This document shows, piece after piece, positions 35,545 through 47,716 of a DNA stretch of 47,716 bases. Both the position numbers and the translations under genes were made by a program. Under the pieces are notes generated by a model, which worked only from the letters and a program-made list of their open reading frames with translations, was not told the origin of the DNA and ran no database searches. The first letter of the stretch is position 1. Every line of letters starts with the position of its first letter. Origin of the DNA: Octopus sinensis (lineage: Eukaryota); the NCBI RefSeq assembly GCF_006345805.1, contig NW_021834488.1, positions 1-47,716 on the forward strand. Direction: 5' to 3'.

Positions 35545-36130
35545 TATATTATGCTTCTGCTTCTTCTTCTTCTCCTGCTGCTTTTATTTTCTTCTTCTCC
35601 TTCTCTTCTTCTTCTCTTCTTTCTTCTTCTTCTTCTTCTTCTCATTATTATTATTTTTTTATTGTTATTATATTATTATTATGATTATTTATATTATTAT
35701 TATGATTATTATTATTATGGCTTCTCTTCTTCTCCTTCTTCTTCTTCTTCTTCTTCTCTTCTTCTCATTATTTTATTTTTTTATTGTTATTATTATATAT
35801 TATCCTTATTATTATATTATTATTATTATTGATTATTATTTGATTGTATTATTATATTATTATTATACATTTATTCTGCTTCTGCTTCTTCTCCTTCTTC
35901 TCTTCTTCTTCTTCTTCTTCTTCTTCTTCTCATTATTATTATTTTGTTTATGTATTATATCATTATTATTAGTTATTATTATTATTATTATACTATATTA
36001 TTCTGCTTCTGCTTCTTCTCCTTCTTCTTCTTCTTCTTCTTCTTCTTCTTCTTCTTCTCATTATTATTATTTTTTTATTGTTATTATCATTATTATTATT
36101 ATTATATTATTATTATTATTATTATTATTG
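35055..36130. repeat. Compound (TCT)n/(TAT)n satellite with higher-order repetition
   Basis: Alternating blocks joined by recurring TGCTTCTGCTTC and CTCATTATT junctions. Confidence 0.95.
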
Positions 36131-36638
36131 TAGTTGTTGTGCTTGTTCTTGTTCTTTTGTCACGGTTCAAGACCATCCTGGCATTTCAGATTCACAATCA
36201 AATTGAATTGGTGTATGTACTTCTGTATGCGTACCTGCGCATGTGTGTACATGTGTGTGTGTGTGTATTGTGTCCATTTCTTTGTAAATGCGTGCGTGTT
36301 TCTTTGTGTGTGGTTTTATGCGTGACTCCTGCTTGTATATTATTTCTTTTGTTTCAGTTTTCTCTTTATTTCGTAACTAACCTTATCGGCATTCAACAAC
36401 TATAAACGTAACAATTACCAAATAGCAGAATGAAGCATGACACCAGATCTAGCCATTAGAAATGACCAGCAACAAACATATAACTAGACACACACACACA
36501 CGCACACACATCGACCTCACAAAGTCTATCTTAATTCGCCTATTCACGCACCAAGAGTGCTCAACAGCATTAATTAGATATCAGTTGGGCTTATGATCAG
36601 TGTCCAAGAGAAATATATATATATATTATATATATATA

Positions 36639-36685
<47 letters not shown>

Positions 36686-36773
36686 ATATATATATAATAT
36701 ATGTATGTATATATATATATATTATATATAATATATATATATATTATATATATAATATATATAATATATATAT

Positions 36774-36805
<32 letters not shown>

Positions 36806-36812
36806 ATATATG

Positions 36813-36843
<31 letters not shown>

Positions 36844-37175
36844 TATATATATAATATATATATATATGTATAAGTATAAGCATGTGCATACACACACACA
36901 CATATATGTATATATATACACGCACGCACACACACACATATACATATATACTATATAAATTATTATACATGTATGTATGTATGTATGTATGTATGTATGT
37001 ATGTATGTATTTATGTATGTGTATATTTATATATGCACAGAGTGTGCCACAGCTTCCTTTTGGGAAATTTAATCTAAATTGGGCTATAGAAAAGCAATGC
37101 TAGTAAAATATAATTCCTTATATGTGTGCGTGTGTGTGTGTTTAAATGTCTATGTGTGTGAATGTGTGTGTGCAC

Positions 37176-37246
<71 letters not shown>

Positions 37247-37389
37247 CCTTTTTACTAAAGACACGATACACATCGACTCATCGACCCCAGTGTGTAGCTG
37301 GAACTTAATTTATCGACTCCGAAAAGTCAAAAAGCAAAGTCGTCCTCGTTGCCAACTAATTGATCCATCACGTACGTTTGATTGTTGAA

Positions 37390-37715
37390 TCGTAAAGAAA
37401 CAAGATGAATATATAAACCAAACAAACAAGAAAAAAACCAATCCTTTCAAATTTGAAATTGCAAGAATTTGGAATATGAAAATTGTTGAGGTTGTACCAA
37501 TAATAACTGTTTCATTGCGAACTGTAAGCAAATATATAGACAAATGGTTGAAAGAAATTGCTATAGAATTCCCAGTAGATCTACAGAAACTTTACCTTTT
37601 AGGGATAGGAAAGGAGGGTCTTAAGCATTTGAACGGTTATTGAAAGATTGTAGTTTACAGGTAGTAATCCTTTACCCGCATAAAATCTACCAAGAATAAG
37701 AACCTGAGTCAAATC

Positions 37716-37716
<1 letters not shown>
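37390..37716 (+). mobile_element. Third R4/Dong-like 3' fragment followed by (TAA)n
   Basis: KFEIARIWNMKIVEVVPII..SLRTVSK..KWLKEI..LQKLYLLG; (TAA)n from 37717. Confidence 0.7.
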
Positions 37717-37780
<64 letters not shown>

Positions 37781-37889
37781 TAATAATAATAATATTAATA
37801 ATAATAATGATGATGATGATGATGATGATGATAATTGAACTAAAATATTTACTACGTTTATGAGTACAAAAGAAATATAAATGCAGGCA

Positions 37890-38058
37890 GGTCGAGCCAG
37901 TTAAATTTTGATCCAGTACTTAACTTAATTTATCGACCCCAAAGGGATGAACGGCAAAGTAGACCTCGGGAGGTACCTGAACTTAGATTGTGAAGAGCCG
38001 ACTGAAATACCGCTAAGCATTTTGTCCGCCGCGATAACGATTCTGCCAGCTCACCGCC
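37890..38058 (-). mobile_element. SINE family A
   Basis: TTTATCGACCCC..GGATGAACGGCAAAGT...TTCTGCCAGCTCACCGCC. Confidence 0.75.
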
Positions 38059-38932
38059 TTTTATGGTTTCAAATTTTGGGGATCCTGTAGGATCCGAAAA
38101 TTTAAAAAGAAGGATTCAATTTCATCGACTCCAGTGCTCAACTGATAATCATTTTATAGATCTTAATGTTGTTTTCCTGTGCAATGCCACTCATGGACTT
38201 TGTGTACAACTGGATATAATTCTCTTAAATTTTCAAGAAATTTAATGCTAATATTATAGTAATATAGTTTCAATTGTGGGTATAAACTGGTTTGTGGACT
38301 TAAAACGCCCGAAACATTCTACATTCTCCTGCTGCAATTTATTTTGATAGAAGGAAAGAAGAATGTATTTTACTCATGTGAAAAATTTCATGAAATTCGG
38401 GTAAAATATTTTGGAAGTGGGTTAGATTCGAAAACTTTCACACCATCAATTGAAAAGTATTAATGATGAAGAAAATTCAGTAACATGAAATGAATATCAG
38501 TTCTCACAATGTTTCACAACAGAATCAGTCTGGATCCCACATTGAAAATTCTTTGAACATTTCTACTTAGCTTTCAATATCTAACATAAAAGTACAATCG
38601 CTTCGAATACATTCACATTAGTATGTTCAGGTACATTCAATCCCGCTGTGAAAATAATGTCTACGTTTAAACCACAGTGCTCTATTTAAAGCACAAATTC
38701 AAGGATTATATTTGACTGGTTATTGCCAGATCATCGGAGGCGTTCACAAAGAGAGCAAAAAGGTTACAGCTTACAAAAAATGCAATGAATAGAAGGCGCC
38801 GATTTTATGCATATGTCTCGCATTCTTATCTCTGTAATTCACTGACTGACTTTATTAACTACAGTGAAATGCAGATAAATTTTAATAAATTTACATAAGT
38901 ATGTTTGATAAACATGCATGCACTCCCTGTGT

Positions 38933-39237
38933 GGAGGCACATGACCTAGTGGTTAGAGCAGCGGACTCGCGGTCGAGGGAGCGCGGGTTCGAATCGCAGA
39001 CCGGGCGGTGTGTGTGTTTATGAGCGAAACACCTAAGCTCCACGCGGCTCCGGCAGAAGGTAATGGAAAACTTCTGCTGACTCTTTCGCCACAACTTTCT
39101 CTCACTCTTTCCTCCTGCATCTTGCAGCTCACCTGCGACGGACCGGCGTCCCGTCCAGGTGGGGAACCTATACGCCAAGAAACCGGGAAACCGGCCTTTA
39201 TGAGCTAGGCATGGCTCGAGAAGGAACAAACAACAAC
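38933..39237 (+). mobile_element. SINE family B variant
   Basis: tRNA-like head with GGTTCGAATC B box; (AAC)n end; similar to 8817-9136. Confidence 0.85.
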
Positions 39238-39726
39238 ATTCACTTCCTGCTGATTCATTTCTTTTTATATTAAAAAATACAATTGTAAAGACTTAAGTTC
39301 AGGATGGGATGGTCGTAAGTTAGATTCTAGGATCGCGAGGCATGTTGTATTCTTCAGCAAGGCACTTCATTGCACCTTCCCATACCTTGTCACCTGAAAA
39401 TTAGTAACATTCAAGTTGGTGTGGTTCCATTTTCCTCCACCTTCCCATACCTTCAAAGTTCGACAAGCGATTAAGTGCCGGAAAGTCCAGAGGTAGTCTG
39501 TGAGTGCAAATGCGCTGCATGAGCGACCACGTCTTACTCATCTGACGGCTAAGAATTTAAGGTGGTGGGTTGGCACAGTCATTAGAAGAGTCAGAATAAA
39601 TGCATTTCGGTATTCCTCTCGGCCCTTTACGTCCTGGATTAATAACCAGCCGAGGTCAGCTGTGCCTTTCGTCAAACTAAGGTCGATAAAATAAACTTCC
39701 AGACAAGTTTATTTTATATTTACTAA

Positions 39727-40119
39727 TCTATATATATAAGTGAGGTTGTGTGGTGTCTGTCTCCTACGATTTAGATTCCTAACTACTCCCACATTTTGTG
39801 GTGCAGTTTAACCAAAACCGGGTATCTTATAGTCGTGATTCATTTCGAGCCCTTCCGGGTATTAGCGCGCGTCTACGATCAGTCTACGATTTATAAAAAA
39901 AATTACCATAATTTTTTCCCATTTTTAATGCATTTTTGGCATATATCAGGGAAGTAACTCTCTAAAAATGTATTATTGAATCTCAAAACGTAAAAAGCTA
40001 CAGTAACACCCCCCTTTGTGGTTAGCCATATTGAGGCGGCTATTATACTTTACATCTCTAAAAATGCTTGTATAGTTATTTCCCTTACAAACCCGAGCAA
40101 CCCCGGGCGATACTGCTAG
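39727..40119 (+). mobile_element. Non-autonomous Helitron
   Basis: A|TCTATATATATAA 5' end; subterminal GC hairpin CCCG..CAAC..CCGGG; CTAG|T 3' end; no TSD. Confidence 0.8.
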
Positions 40120-40559
40120 TATAATATAAGGAACTGAATGAACTAATATACAAATTCGTAAAATCCGCATTCTCCTTGTTGAATTACTGCAGGGTGCAGA
40201 ACACTTGCTCTCTTTTTGTATATGTCTTTTTTGTTTTTTCGAAGTTCAACCAGTGTCCTTCAGTAAACATCAGAGATGTTTACGGCAATTTTCTCACCAA
40301 TCGTGTTGAGTGCGTGTTTGTGTGTGTGTATGTGTGAATGCATGCATTTTAGATTTTCCTGGTTAAAGCTAACTTACTCAAGGTGTTGAGAAGAATTATT
40401 GATAGTGTAAAGGGCTGTAAACATTAAAAAAAAAAACATATACAAGAATGTCCATTTCCATTTCGTGTTCTGTTGACGTATATTTATGTCAGGTACGTAG
40501 ATTTATATAAAATAGAAAAAAGATACATGTTGTGTGTGCCTGTTAATAAACATAGAGAA

Positions 40560-40656
<97 letters not shown>

Positions 40657-40778
40657 ATATATATATATGCACCACACACAAACACACATACACATATATA
40701 TATATATATGAATGTATATATATGTACGTATCATCATCATTACCCTTATAAAGATATGCGTATGGGTACATGTGTTCG

Positions 40779-40810
<32 letters not shown>

Positions 40811-40983
40811 AGTGTATGTATATGTATATGTATGTATAAATATATATGATATAATATAAATAGATATGTATATATATACGTATACATATACGCGCGCGCG
40901 AACACACACACGCGCGCGCGCGCGCACACTCACACTCACACTCACACACTCACACACTCACACACATACACACGTATATATAT

Positions 40984-41365
40984 ATACAAAATTAAGAGGA
41001 ATGACCATTAAAGTGGACACCTAATATGCTAAACATAGACGTTAAATCGCCATTACCACCACAAAGAGTGTGTTCTCAATAAAAATCTTAGCAAAACGCC
41101 AAAATGTAAAAATGACATTTTGGCGTTTTGCTGAGATTTTTCTTGAGAACACACTCTTCGTGGTAATGGCGATCTGACGTCTATGTTTAGCATATTAGAT
41201 GTCCACTTTAATGGTCATTCCTCTTAATTTTGTATGTAACACAATTTTTAATCTTTGGATTTTTTAAATATTATAAGCCACTGGTTTTAATTGGTTAATA
41301 TCAATTTCTACCCTTATTATTTAATTACCATATAATGTATCCATCTGTTACTGTATCCATTCTCT

Positions 41366-41371
<6 letters not shown>
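40984..41371. repeat. Asymmetric long inverted repeat (arms 40984-41107 and 41115-41235) with right extension
   Basis: About 120-bp inverted arms, 7-nt loop, about 135-bp unpaired tail, (TA)n on both sides. Confidence 0.9.
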
Positions 41372-41450
<79 letters not shown>

Positions 41451-41930
41451 TATATACATATATATACATATATATATACATATATATTTAGGTTATATAT
41501 GTGGAATTGGAGTTAGATATGCATTTACAAAGAGGGCAAATCCACAGTGCGAATGTCGTTCAATGAAGCTAAGTATGGAGTTATTAGTGTACAGTAGTGC
41601 TTGTTCTCTTTTTCTGTTTCTCACCCTCACAGTCTCTCTTTCTCCCTCCCTATCTCTCTCTTTATCTATCTATCTCTCTCTCCCTTTCTCTTGTTCCTTC
41701 TCTTACACACTCTACTCTCACTTTTGTTTTGATTCTTTTTTTTACAGAGTCATTGAAAAATTGGGTGACATTCATGCGCCGAGGAACTACAGATGTAGAA
41801 GGATAGAACGAATGAAAAAAAAAAGACCTTTCATATATAATAGCAAGACCTACCTTAAACAATGTGACTCAAAGACGATTGCTGGAATACTGAGAGGATT
41901 AACAAAAGCGATTATTATATTATATATATA

Positions 41931-41982
<52 letters not shown>

Positions 41983-42820
41983 TATATATCTTATGTATAA
42001 TATATATAAATACACACACATATAACTATATATATAGATAGCCAGATACATATACGCATACATATATATACCTATATATATATATACATACATATAATAC
42101 ATATATATACATATATATATACATATATATACATATATATACATATATATACATATATATATATATATATTATATATATATACATATATACATATATGTA
42201 TATGTACATATATATGTGTATATGTATATATACATGTATATGTATACATACATACATATATATATGTGTGTGTATGTATATATACATATATGTATCTGCA
42301 TATATGTATATATATATGTATGTGAAACAGAGAGATTGTGTGTCTGGGTATGTATGTGTACGTGTGTGCGTGTCAATCTAAATGTCAAAGAAATTACTCT
42401 AACGTACATACACATGAATACACATCTGTACGTACACAAACATGCACAAGCTCATGCATTGAAGCATATATATATGCGCATACACACACACACAAACACA
42501 CACACACACACAATACACTTACGCACACACACACGCATATGTATGTATCACAATTATGTTTTTGTTTATGGGTTAAGTAATTTAACTGCGGCCATGCTAC
42601 GGCATGACCTTCAAGTCCCTTTGTTAAACATATCTACCCATTAATTGGTCTGCTAATGATATTATTTATCTTTCTTCGTTGAATGGTTGGATTTACCTAT
42701 TATTCCACTTGCTTTTAAGCAGTTATTTCCCCTTAAAGTGTAAATACTATTAAAACTTTCCACCAATTTACATCGGCCCACAAACAGTACGAAAGTATGG
42801 ATGTGTATATATATATATAT

Positions 42821-42866
<46 letters not shown>

Positions 42867-43284
42867 TGTGTGGTGTGTGTGTGTGTGTGTGGTGTGTGTT
42901 TATAGATAGATATATGTTTATAAAGTCCGTTATAATTATATCTGTTGTTAAAAATTAAGTGTCGCATTAAATGAATGTTTGTTTTTTCATAATTAGCATT
43001 TTTATTAGACCTACCTGATAATTTAGGGCGGTAAAAATGATGCCTATTAACAAAAATGACTGTTGTTTCTTTACGTATGGGTGGATCATATTTATTTTGG
43101 TACAGTACGTGCAGATACGTGTTCTCATCATGCAGTGGGAAAATATCTGGATTCGAACGAATAAATACTCTGTTATTGCGAAAAAGCTGAGCTGCCTAAT
43201 AAGTTGATACGCAATGCATATATATATATGGACCGATATATATAAATATATATATATATATTTATATATATATATATATATTAT

Positions 43285-43765
43285 AAAATGAGATAGGGTT
43301 GTAAATTCAACCCTCCATGGGATAACATATATCCAATATACTGCTAGAGAGGTACCCAACAAGACTAATACATAAATGTTAAAAATTGCGGTGCAATTAA
43401 TTCATCCACTGTATTATGTGGGCAAGGGTAAAATTATTACCGTAAATTAATAATACAAAATGAGAAAATGGAGAAACATACCTAAATCAATCATCAACCA
43501 TCAGATAACACCCAATCAATACTTTATTAAACCATTACACAACAGCAATGACATTATACATAATATATTACAAATATAACTAGACATAGAAATAGAAATA
43601 GAAAATACAATTACTTTCTATTTCTATTTCTATGTCTAGTTATATTTGTAATATATTATGTATAATGTCATTGCTGTTGTGTAATGGTTTAATAAAGTAT
43701 TGATTGGGTGTTATCTGATGGTTGATGATTGATTTAGGTATGTTTCTCCATTTTCTCATTTTGTA
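43285..43765. repeat. Asymmetric perfect inverted repeat (151-bp arms 43454-43604 and 43615-43765) with left extension
   Basis: Arms appear identical by eye, 10-nt loop, about 170-bp unpaired extension, (TA)n flanks. Confidence 0.95.
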
Positions 43766-43766
43766 C

Positions 43767-43811
<45 letters not shown>

Positions 43812-43983
43812 AGTATGTATGTATGTATGTATGTTTGTATGAAAGAAGGGTAAAAGTACATTTCTGGAGCCATAGGAACGTAAGGCTTGCTTTCTGAATT
43901 CTGTGTCCCATGAAATTCTTACTGGGGCATTTTGCTCAGTAACACAACGCATCACTCGGTCCAGGAATGGTAACTATAATCTT

Positions 43984-44204
43984 TATTTCTTTATTTCCCA
44001 CAGGGGGCTAAACATAGCGAGGACAAACAAAGGGATTAAGTCGATTACATCGACCCCAGTACGTAACTGGTACGTATTTAATCGACCTCGAAAGTATGAA
44101 AGGCAAAGTCGACCTAGGCGGGAATTGAACTCAGAACGTAACGTCAAACGAAATACCGTTAAGCATTTCGCCCTGCGTGCTAACGATTCTGCCAGCTCGC
44201 CGCC
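43984..44204 (-). mobile_element. Near full-length SINE family A
   Basis: Reverse complement of 2607-2837. Confidence 0.85.
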
Positions 44205-44858
44205 TATACGATCAAGAATGCAACGCCCCTAATCACTAAACCACGCGACTCCTTTATACCACAAGTAACACACACGCGCGCATGAAAATGAATGTGTGTG
44301 TGTGTGTGTTTGCAGATATATGTTTGTGTGTATGTATGATGTGCAGAAACTAAAAAAAAAAGAGAACGTTGTGGCCTTTCATACATGACGCATCTAAGTT
44401 AAGTTGGATTTCTATTCATTTTCTTTCTTTTTTTTTTTGTTTGTTTTTTTTTTTTGTTCCTAAACTCAAAATCTCAAAATTTCCTTTTAGAGCGATAACC
44501 ATTTATAGTCATAATGCAAATGTTAAAAATACCGGCTCCACTACATGTAATGTACATTGGAGTGAATAATAATTGCACATTTGTGCAGAAGCGCTGTGAG
44601 AACAAAATGCGATTGTTTAAGTGTCAGTAGATATGTTTTAGTTTTTTTTCCTTCCTTCTTGTTTGCGTTGATTAATCCCACTTGTTCGTCATGTAATACC
44701 ATTAAATAAAATGCAAATTTCCTGTCAGTAGACATGTTAGATAACCCAACAGACAAAAGGATTTATACAGACACAAATAGCGAGATGATATATGCATGTA
44801 CATACATAGCCATTCGCGCACAATCACACATGTATACATATTCGAATATATGTACAGT

Positions 44859-45190
44859 GAAGGCGCGTGGCTCTGTGGTTAGAGCGACAAACTTACATTC
44901 GAGAGGTTGTGAGCTCGAATCCCGGACCGGGCTGCGTGTTGTGTTCTTGAGCAAGACACTTTATTTCATGTTGCTCCAGTTCACTCAGCTGTAGAAATGA
45001 GTTGCGACGTCACATGTGCCAAGCTGTATCGGATTTGCTTTTCCCTTGGATAACACTGGTGGCGTGGAGAGGGGAGGCCGGTATGTATGGGCGACTGCTG
45101 GTCTTCCATAAACAACCTTGCCCGGACTTGTACAAGGGAGGGTAACTTTCTAGGTGCTATCCCATGGTCAGTCATGACCGAAGGGGGTCC
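44859..45190 (+). mobile_element. SINE family B with long alternative tail
   Basis: Matches 6059-6383. Confidence 0.85.
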
Positions 45191-45192
45191 CA

Positions 45193-45271
<79 letters not shown>

Positions 45272-45327
45272 AAACATACATACGTGCATACATACATATA
45301 TACATAAATATGTGTGTATATATGTGT

Positions 45328-45545
45328 ACGAGGGGATGGAAAATGGTACTGGGTTTGGGTAAAAAATACAGGAAGGTCAGTTAAATATGATTTCATTCAA
45401 CATGTTCCCCTCTAAGATTGACACTCTTATTGCAACGATCTTTCAGTCTTTCTAAGCCCTTTAAAAGAATTCGAAAGGTTGGTCTTCCATCAAAGCTTTT
45501 CGCCATACCCTTAAATTCAGGAACATTTAGGTACCCTGTCCTATA
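45328..45545. mobile_element. Decayed mariner-type MITE
   Basis: Begins TACGAGGGG; degenerate inverted end CAGGAACATTTAGGTACCC...TA. Confidence 0.5.
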
Positions 45546-45604
45546 TGTGTTTGTGTGTGCGTGTAAGCGAGTCAGTGCGCGCGCGCGCGTGCGTTAATGT
45601 TGGT

Positions 45605-45817
45605 GTGTCTTTGTGCCCTTGCTTTATCCTCCACCACCGCTTGACATCCGGTGTTGGTGTATTTAAGTACCCCTTAACCTAGTGGTTCGGCAGAAGAAAC
45701 CAATAGAAGAAGTACTAGGCTTCAAAAAATAAATAAGTCCTGGAGTCGATTTGTTCAGCTAAAACCCTACAAGACGTGGCCACAGTCAAATGACTGAAAC
45801 AAGTAAAAGATAAAAGA
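45605..45817 (+). mobile_element. SINE family C 3' half
   Basis: CGCTTGACA..CCGGTGTTGGTGT...AGTCAAATGACTGAAACAAGTAAAAGATAAAAGA. Confidence 0.8.
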
Positions 45818-45852
45818 TACATGTATGTATTTATGTATATATAAACGTGTAT

Positions 45853-46013
45853 GCAGCACGGAATTTTGTCAGTGCGTCGAAAATATTTTGGCAAATTAAA
45901 TTTGAATGTTGAAGTGTTTCTTAAATGGCATAAACACCTTCCATGCTGCAATTGTTTTCGTTCCAGCACACGATCTCAGATCAGGTCACTTGCTATGCAA
46001 GTACATCTCCGTA
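45853..46013 (+). repeat. Second copy of the 1395-1541 element with stem II region deleted
   Basis: Direct sequence similarity to 1395-1541. Confidence 0.7.
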
Positions 46014-46876
46014 ATATATATTATATAATATATATTATATATAAAAACTTAAACAAGGGCAAAAGAAAAAATTCTAATGCCAAATATGCCGAAAATAGAC
46101 AAATCGTCAATAACCATATAATTTATCACTATATGCACACGTCTCGAAGTAAGCCGACAGAAGCATTTATTAATGCTTGTTTTTATGTTAAATTATAATA
46201 AAAACAATGTTACATTAAACTGACGGATTGCTCAATACTTTTCGCAGACTACAAATTTGCTGGAGTAATGTGAAATGAAGTGCTTTGCCCAAGAAAACAA
46301 CACATTGCCCCATTCAGGAAATGAAACCACAATCTTATGATGATGAATGCAACATCCTACCTACTAATCGTTACAGAGAGAACAGAAAATAACTTTAAAA
46401 TTTTTAAAAAAACATGAAAATTATCCTCAATATTTACTTTTCGTATCGGAACTAAAAATGTGTGTTTACTAAAAGTACACGTTTGCATTACATCCCTGCA
46501 TAAGTTTTGTTTAATCCTGTTATTGAATATTACTTACTTTTTTTTTTTTGTTAATTTTCGATTCCAATGCCTGCACTGTTATGCAAATTAGACAAACCGG
46601 TTTAGTACTGTCACAATATATTCACACTGTAAACAATTATATGTTAGTCTTCCCCTTTCTCAGGAAACCAAGTTATTGCTCTCTACTGAAGCGATGTTAA
46701 AAGCTGAAATCCGTCAGAAACAGCTAACTTCCCTAGTCATAAACAACGTTGTCCAATGTTTTATAGACACTCACAAACACAAACACACGCACTCACACAC
46801 ACAGACACACACACACAAGCACATGTCCACAGACACACACACAAGCGCATGTCCATAGCCACACACACATGCACAT

Positions 46877-46920
<44 letters not shown>

Positions 46921-46922
<2 letters not shown>

Positions 46923-47239
46923 GACAGGCTTCTTTCAGCTTCCGTCCACCAAATCCACTCACAAGGCTTTGGTCGGCTATAGTAGAAGACACTTGCCAAG
47001 GTGTCACGCAGTGGGACTGAACCCGGAACCATGTGATATATATACATATGTATGCATGTATGTTTGTCTGTGTGTATGCATATATATATATTCTTTTTTA
47101 TTTGTTTCAGTCGTTTGACTGCGGCTATGCTGGGGCGCCGCCTTTAGTCGATCAAATCGACCCCAGGACTTATTCTTTGTAAGCCTAGTACTTATTCTAT
47201 CGGACCGCTAAATGACGGGAACGTAAACACACCAGCATT
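46921..47239 (-). mobile_element. Two SINE family C fragments (5' part 46921-47034; 3' part 47090-47239)
   Basis: Both match parts of 26288-26647. Confidence 0.8.
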
Positions 47240-47716
47240 GTTGTTTTAGCCACTCCTGCGCCTGCTGTGTGAGAATAGTTATTGGCTGCAGTTACATACT
47301 TAAAGTCAGTGTTGGCAGTAACTAAATCAGCTTGCAAATATACGGTGGCTTTACTAAATTTCTACTTGTGCTAAGCCCGAACAGCCCGAGTGCCGGAGTC
47401 GCTACTTATATAGATATATCAATTTGATACAAACACATATATATGAATGAGTGTATGTATTACATGTATTTATGAGTACGTCGCCGACGCACTTTATATA
47501 TGTATGAATTAAAGACGTCTGCACAATTACATCACCACACCCGGTGGAAATGATGTCACACCACCGACTCTTCAGCATGAGATTAAGTTAAATTCCTGCA
47601 TATCTATCCTAGCCTGACATTTTATTTAGAATATGCTTGCTGACCTTATAACACCATTTAATTCAAGTTAAATTTATTAGATAAAATGAAAGGAACGTTT
47701 CTCATGAGCTTTAAAC

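Noticed and set aside
34767-36405. Long poly-Ser/Tyr/Leu/Ile ORFs (up to 340 aa)
   Set aside because: Translations of stop-free trinucleotide microsatellite.
38933-39005. tRNA gene candidates (also 2885, 8817, 11083, 44859)
   Set aside because: The tRNA-like heads continue into SINE bodies with tails and TSDs, and no proper acceptor stem or terminator was found.
40984-41235. Pre-miRNA or hammerhead in this inverted repeat (and in 43454-43765)
   Set aside because: Arms are too long and too perfectly paired for a typical pre-miRNA, and no CUGANGA...GAAA core was found.
1-47716. Numerous YI-, CV-, HT- and YLSI-repeat ORFs
   Set aside because: Translations of (TA)n, (CA)n, (TACA)n and (GATA)n tracts.

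Overview
AT-rich, microsatellite-saturated eukaryotic DNA, mostly intronic or intergenic. The repeat families suggest a cephalopod (Octopus-like); this is inference from recalled repeat sequences, not a search. Most of the window is (TA)n/(CA)n/(TAGA)n/(TAA)n microsatellite plus three tRNA-derived SINE families, remnants of Tc1 and mariner transposons, MITEs, a non-autonomous Helitron and 3' fragments of RLE (R4/Dong-like), CR1-like and L1/Tx1-like LINEs. Almost all listed ORFs are artefacts of these repeats. The one convincing long ORF (27213-28274, minus) encodes six 19-aa SP/TP repeats, a Cys-Pro-Glu repeat and an acidic region, and is probably the first exon of a spliced gene. The most striking signal is a set of minimal hammerhead-ribozyme motifs (three canonical or near-canonical, several degenerate or atypical) together with several asymmetric long inverted repeats embedded in (TA)n tracts. 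One palindrome carries a hammerhead on each strand. This fits Penelope-like retroelement pLTR remnants or non-autonomous ribozyme-bearing elements. All calls are by eye.
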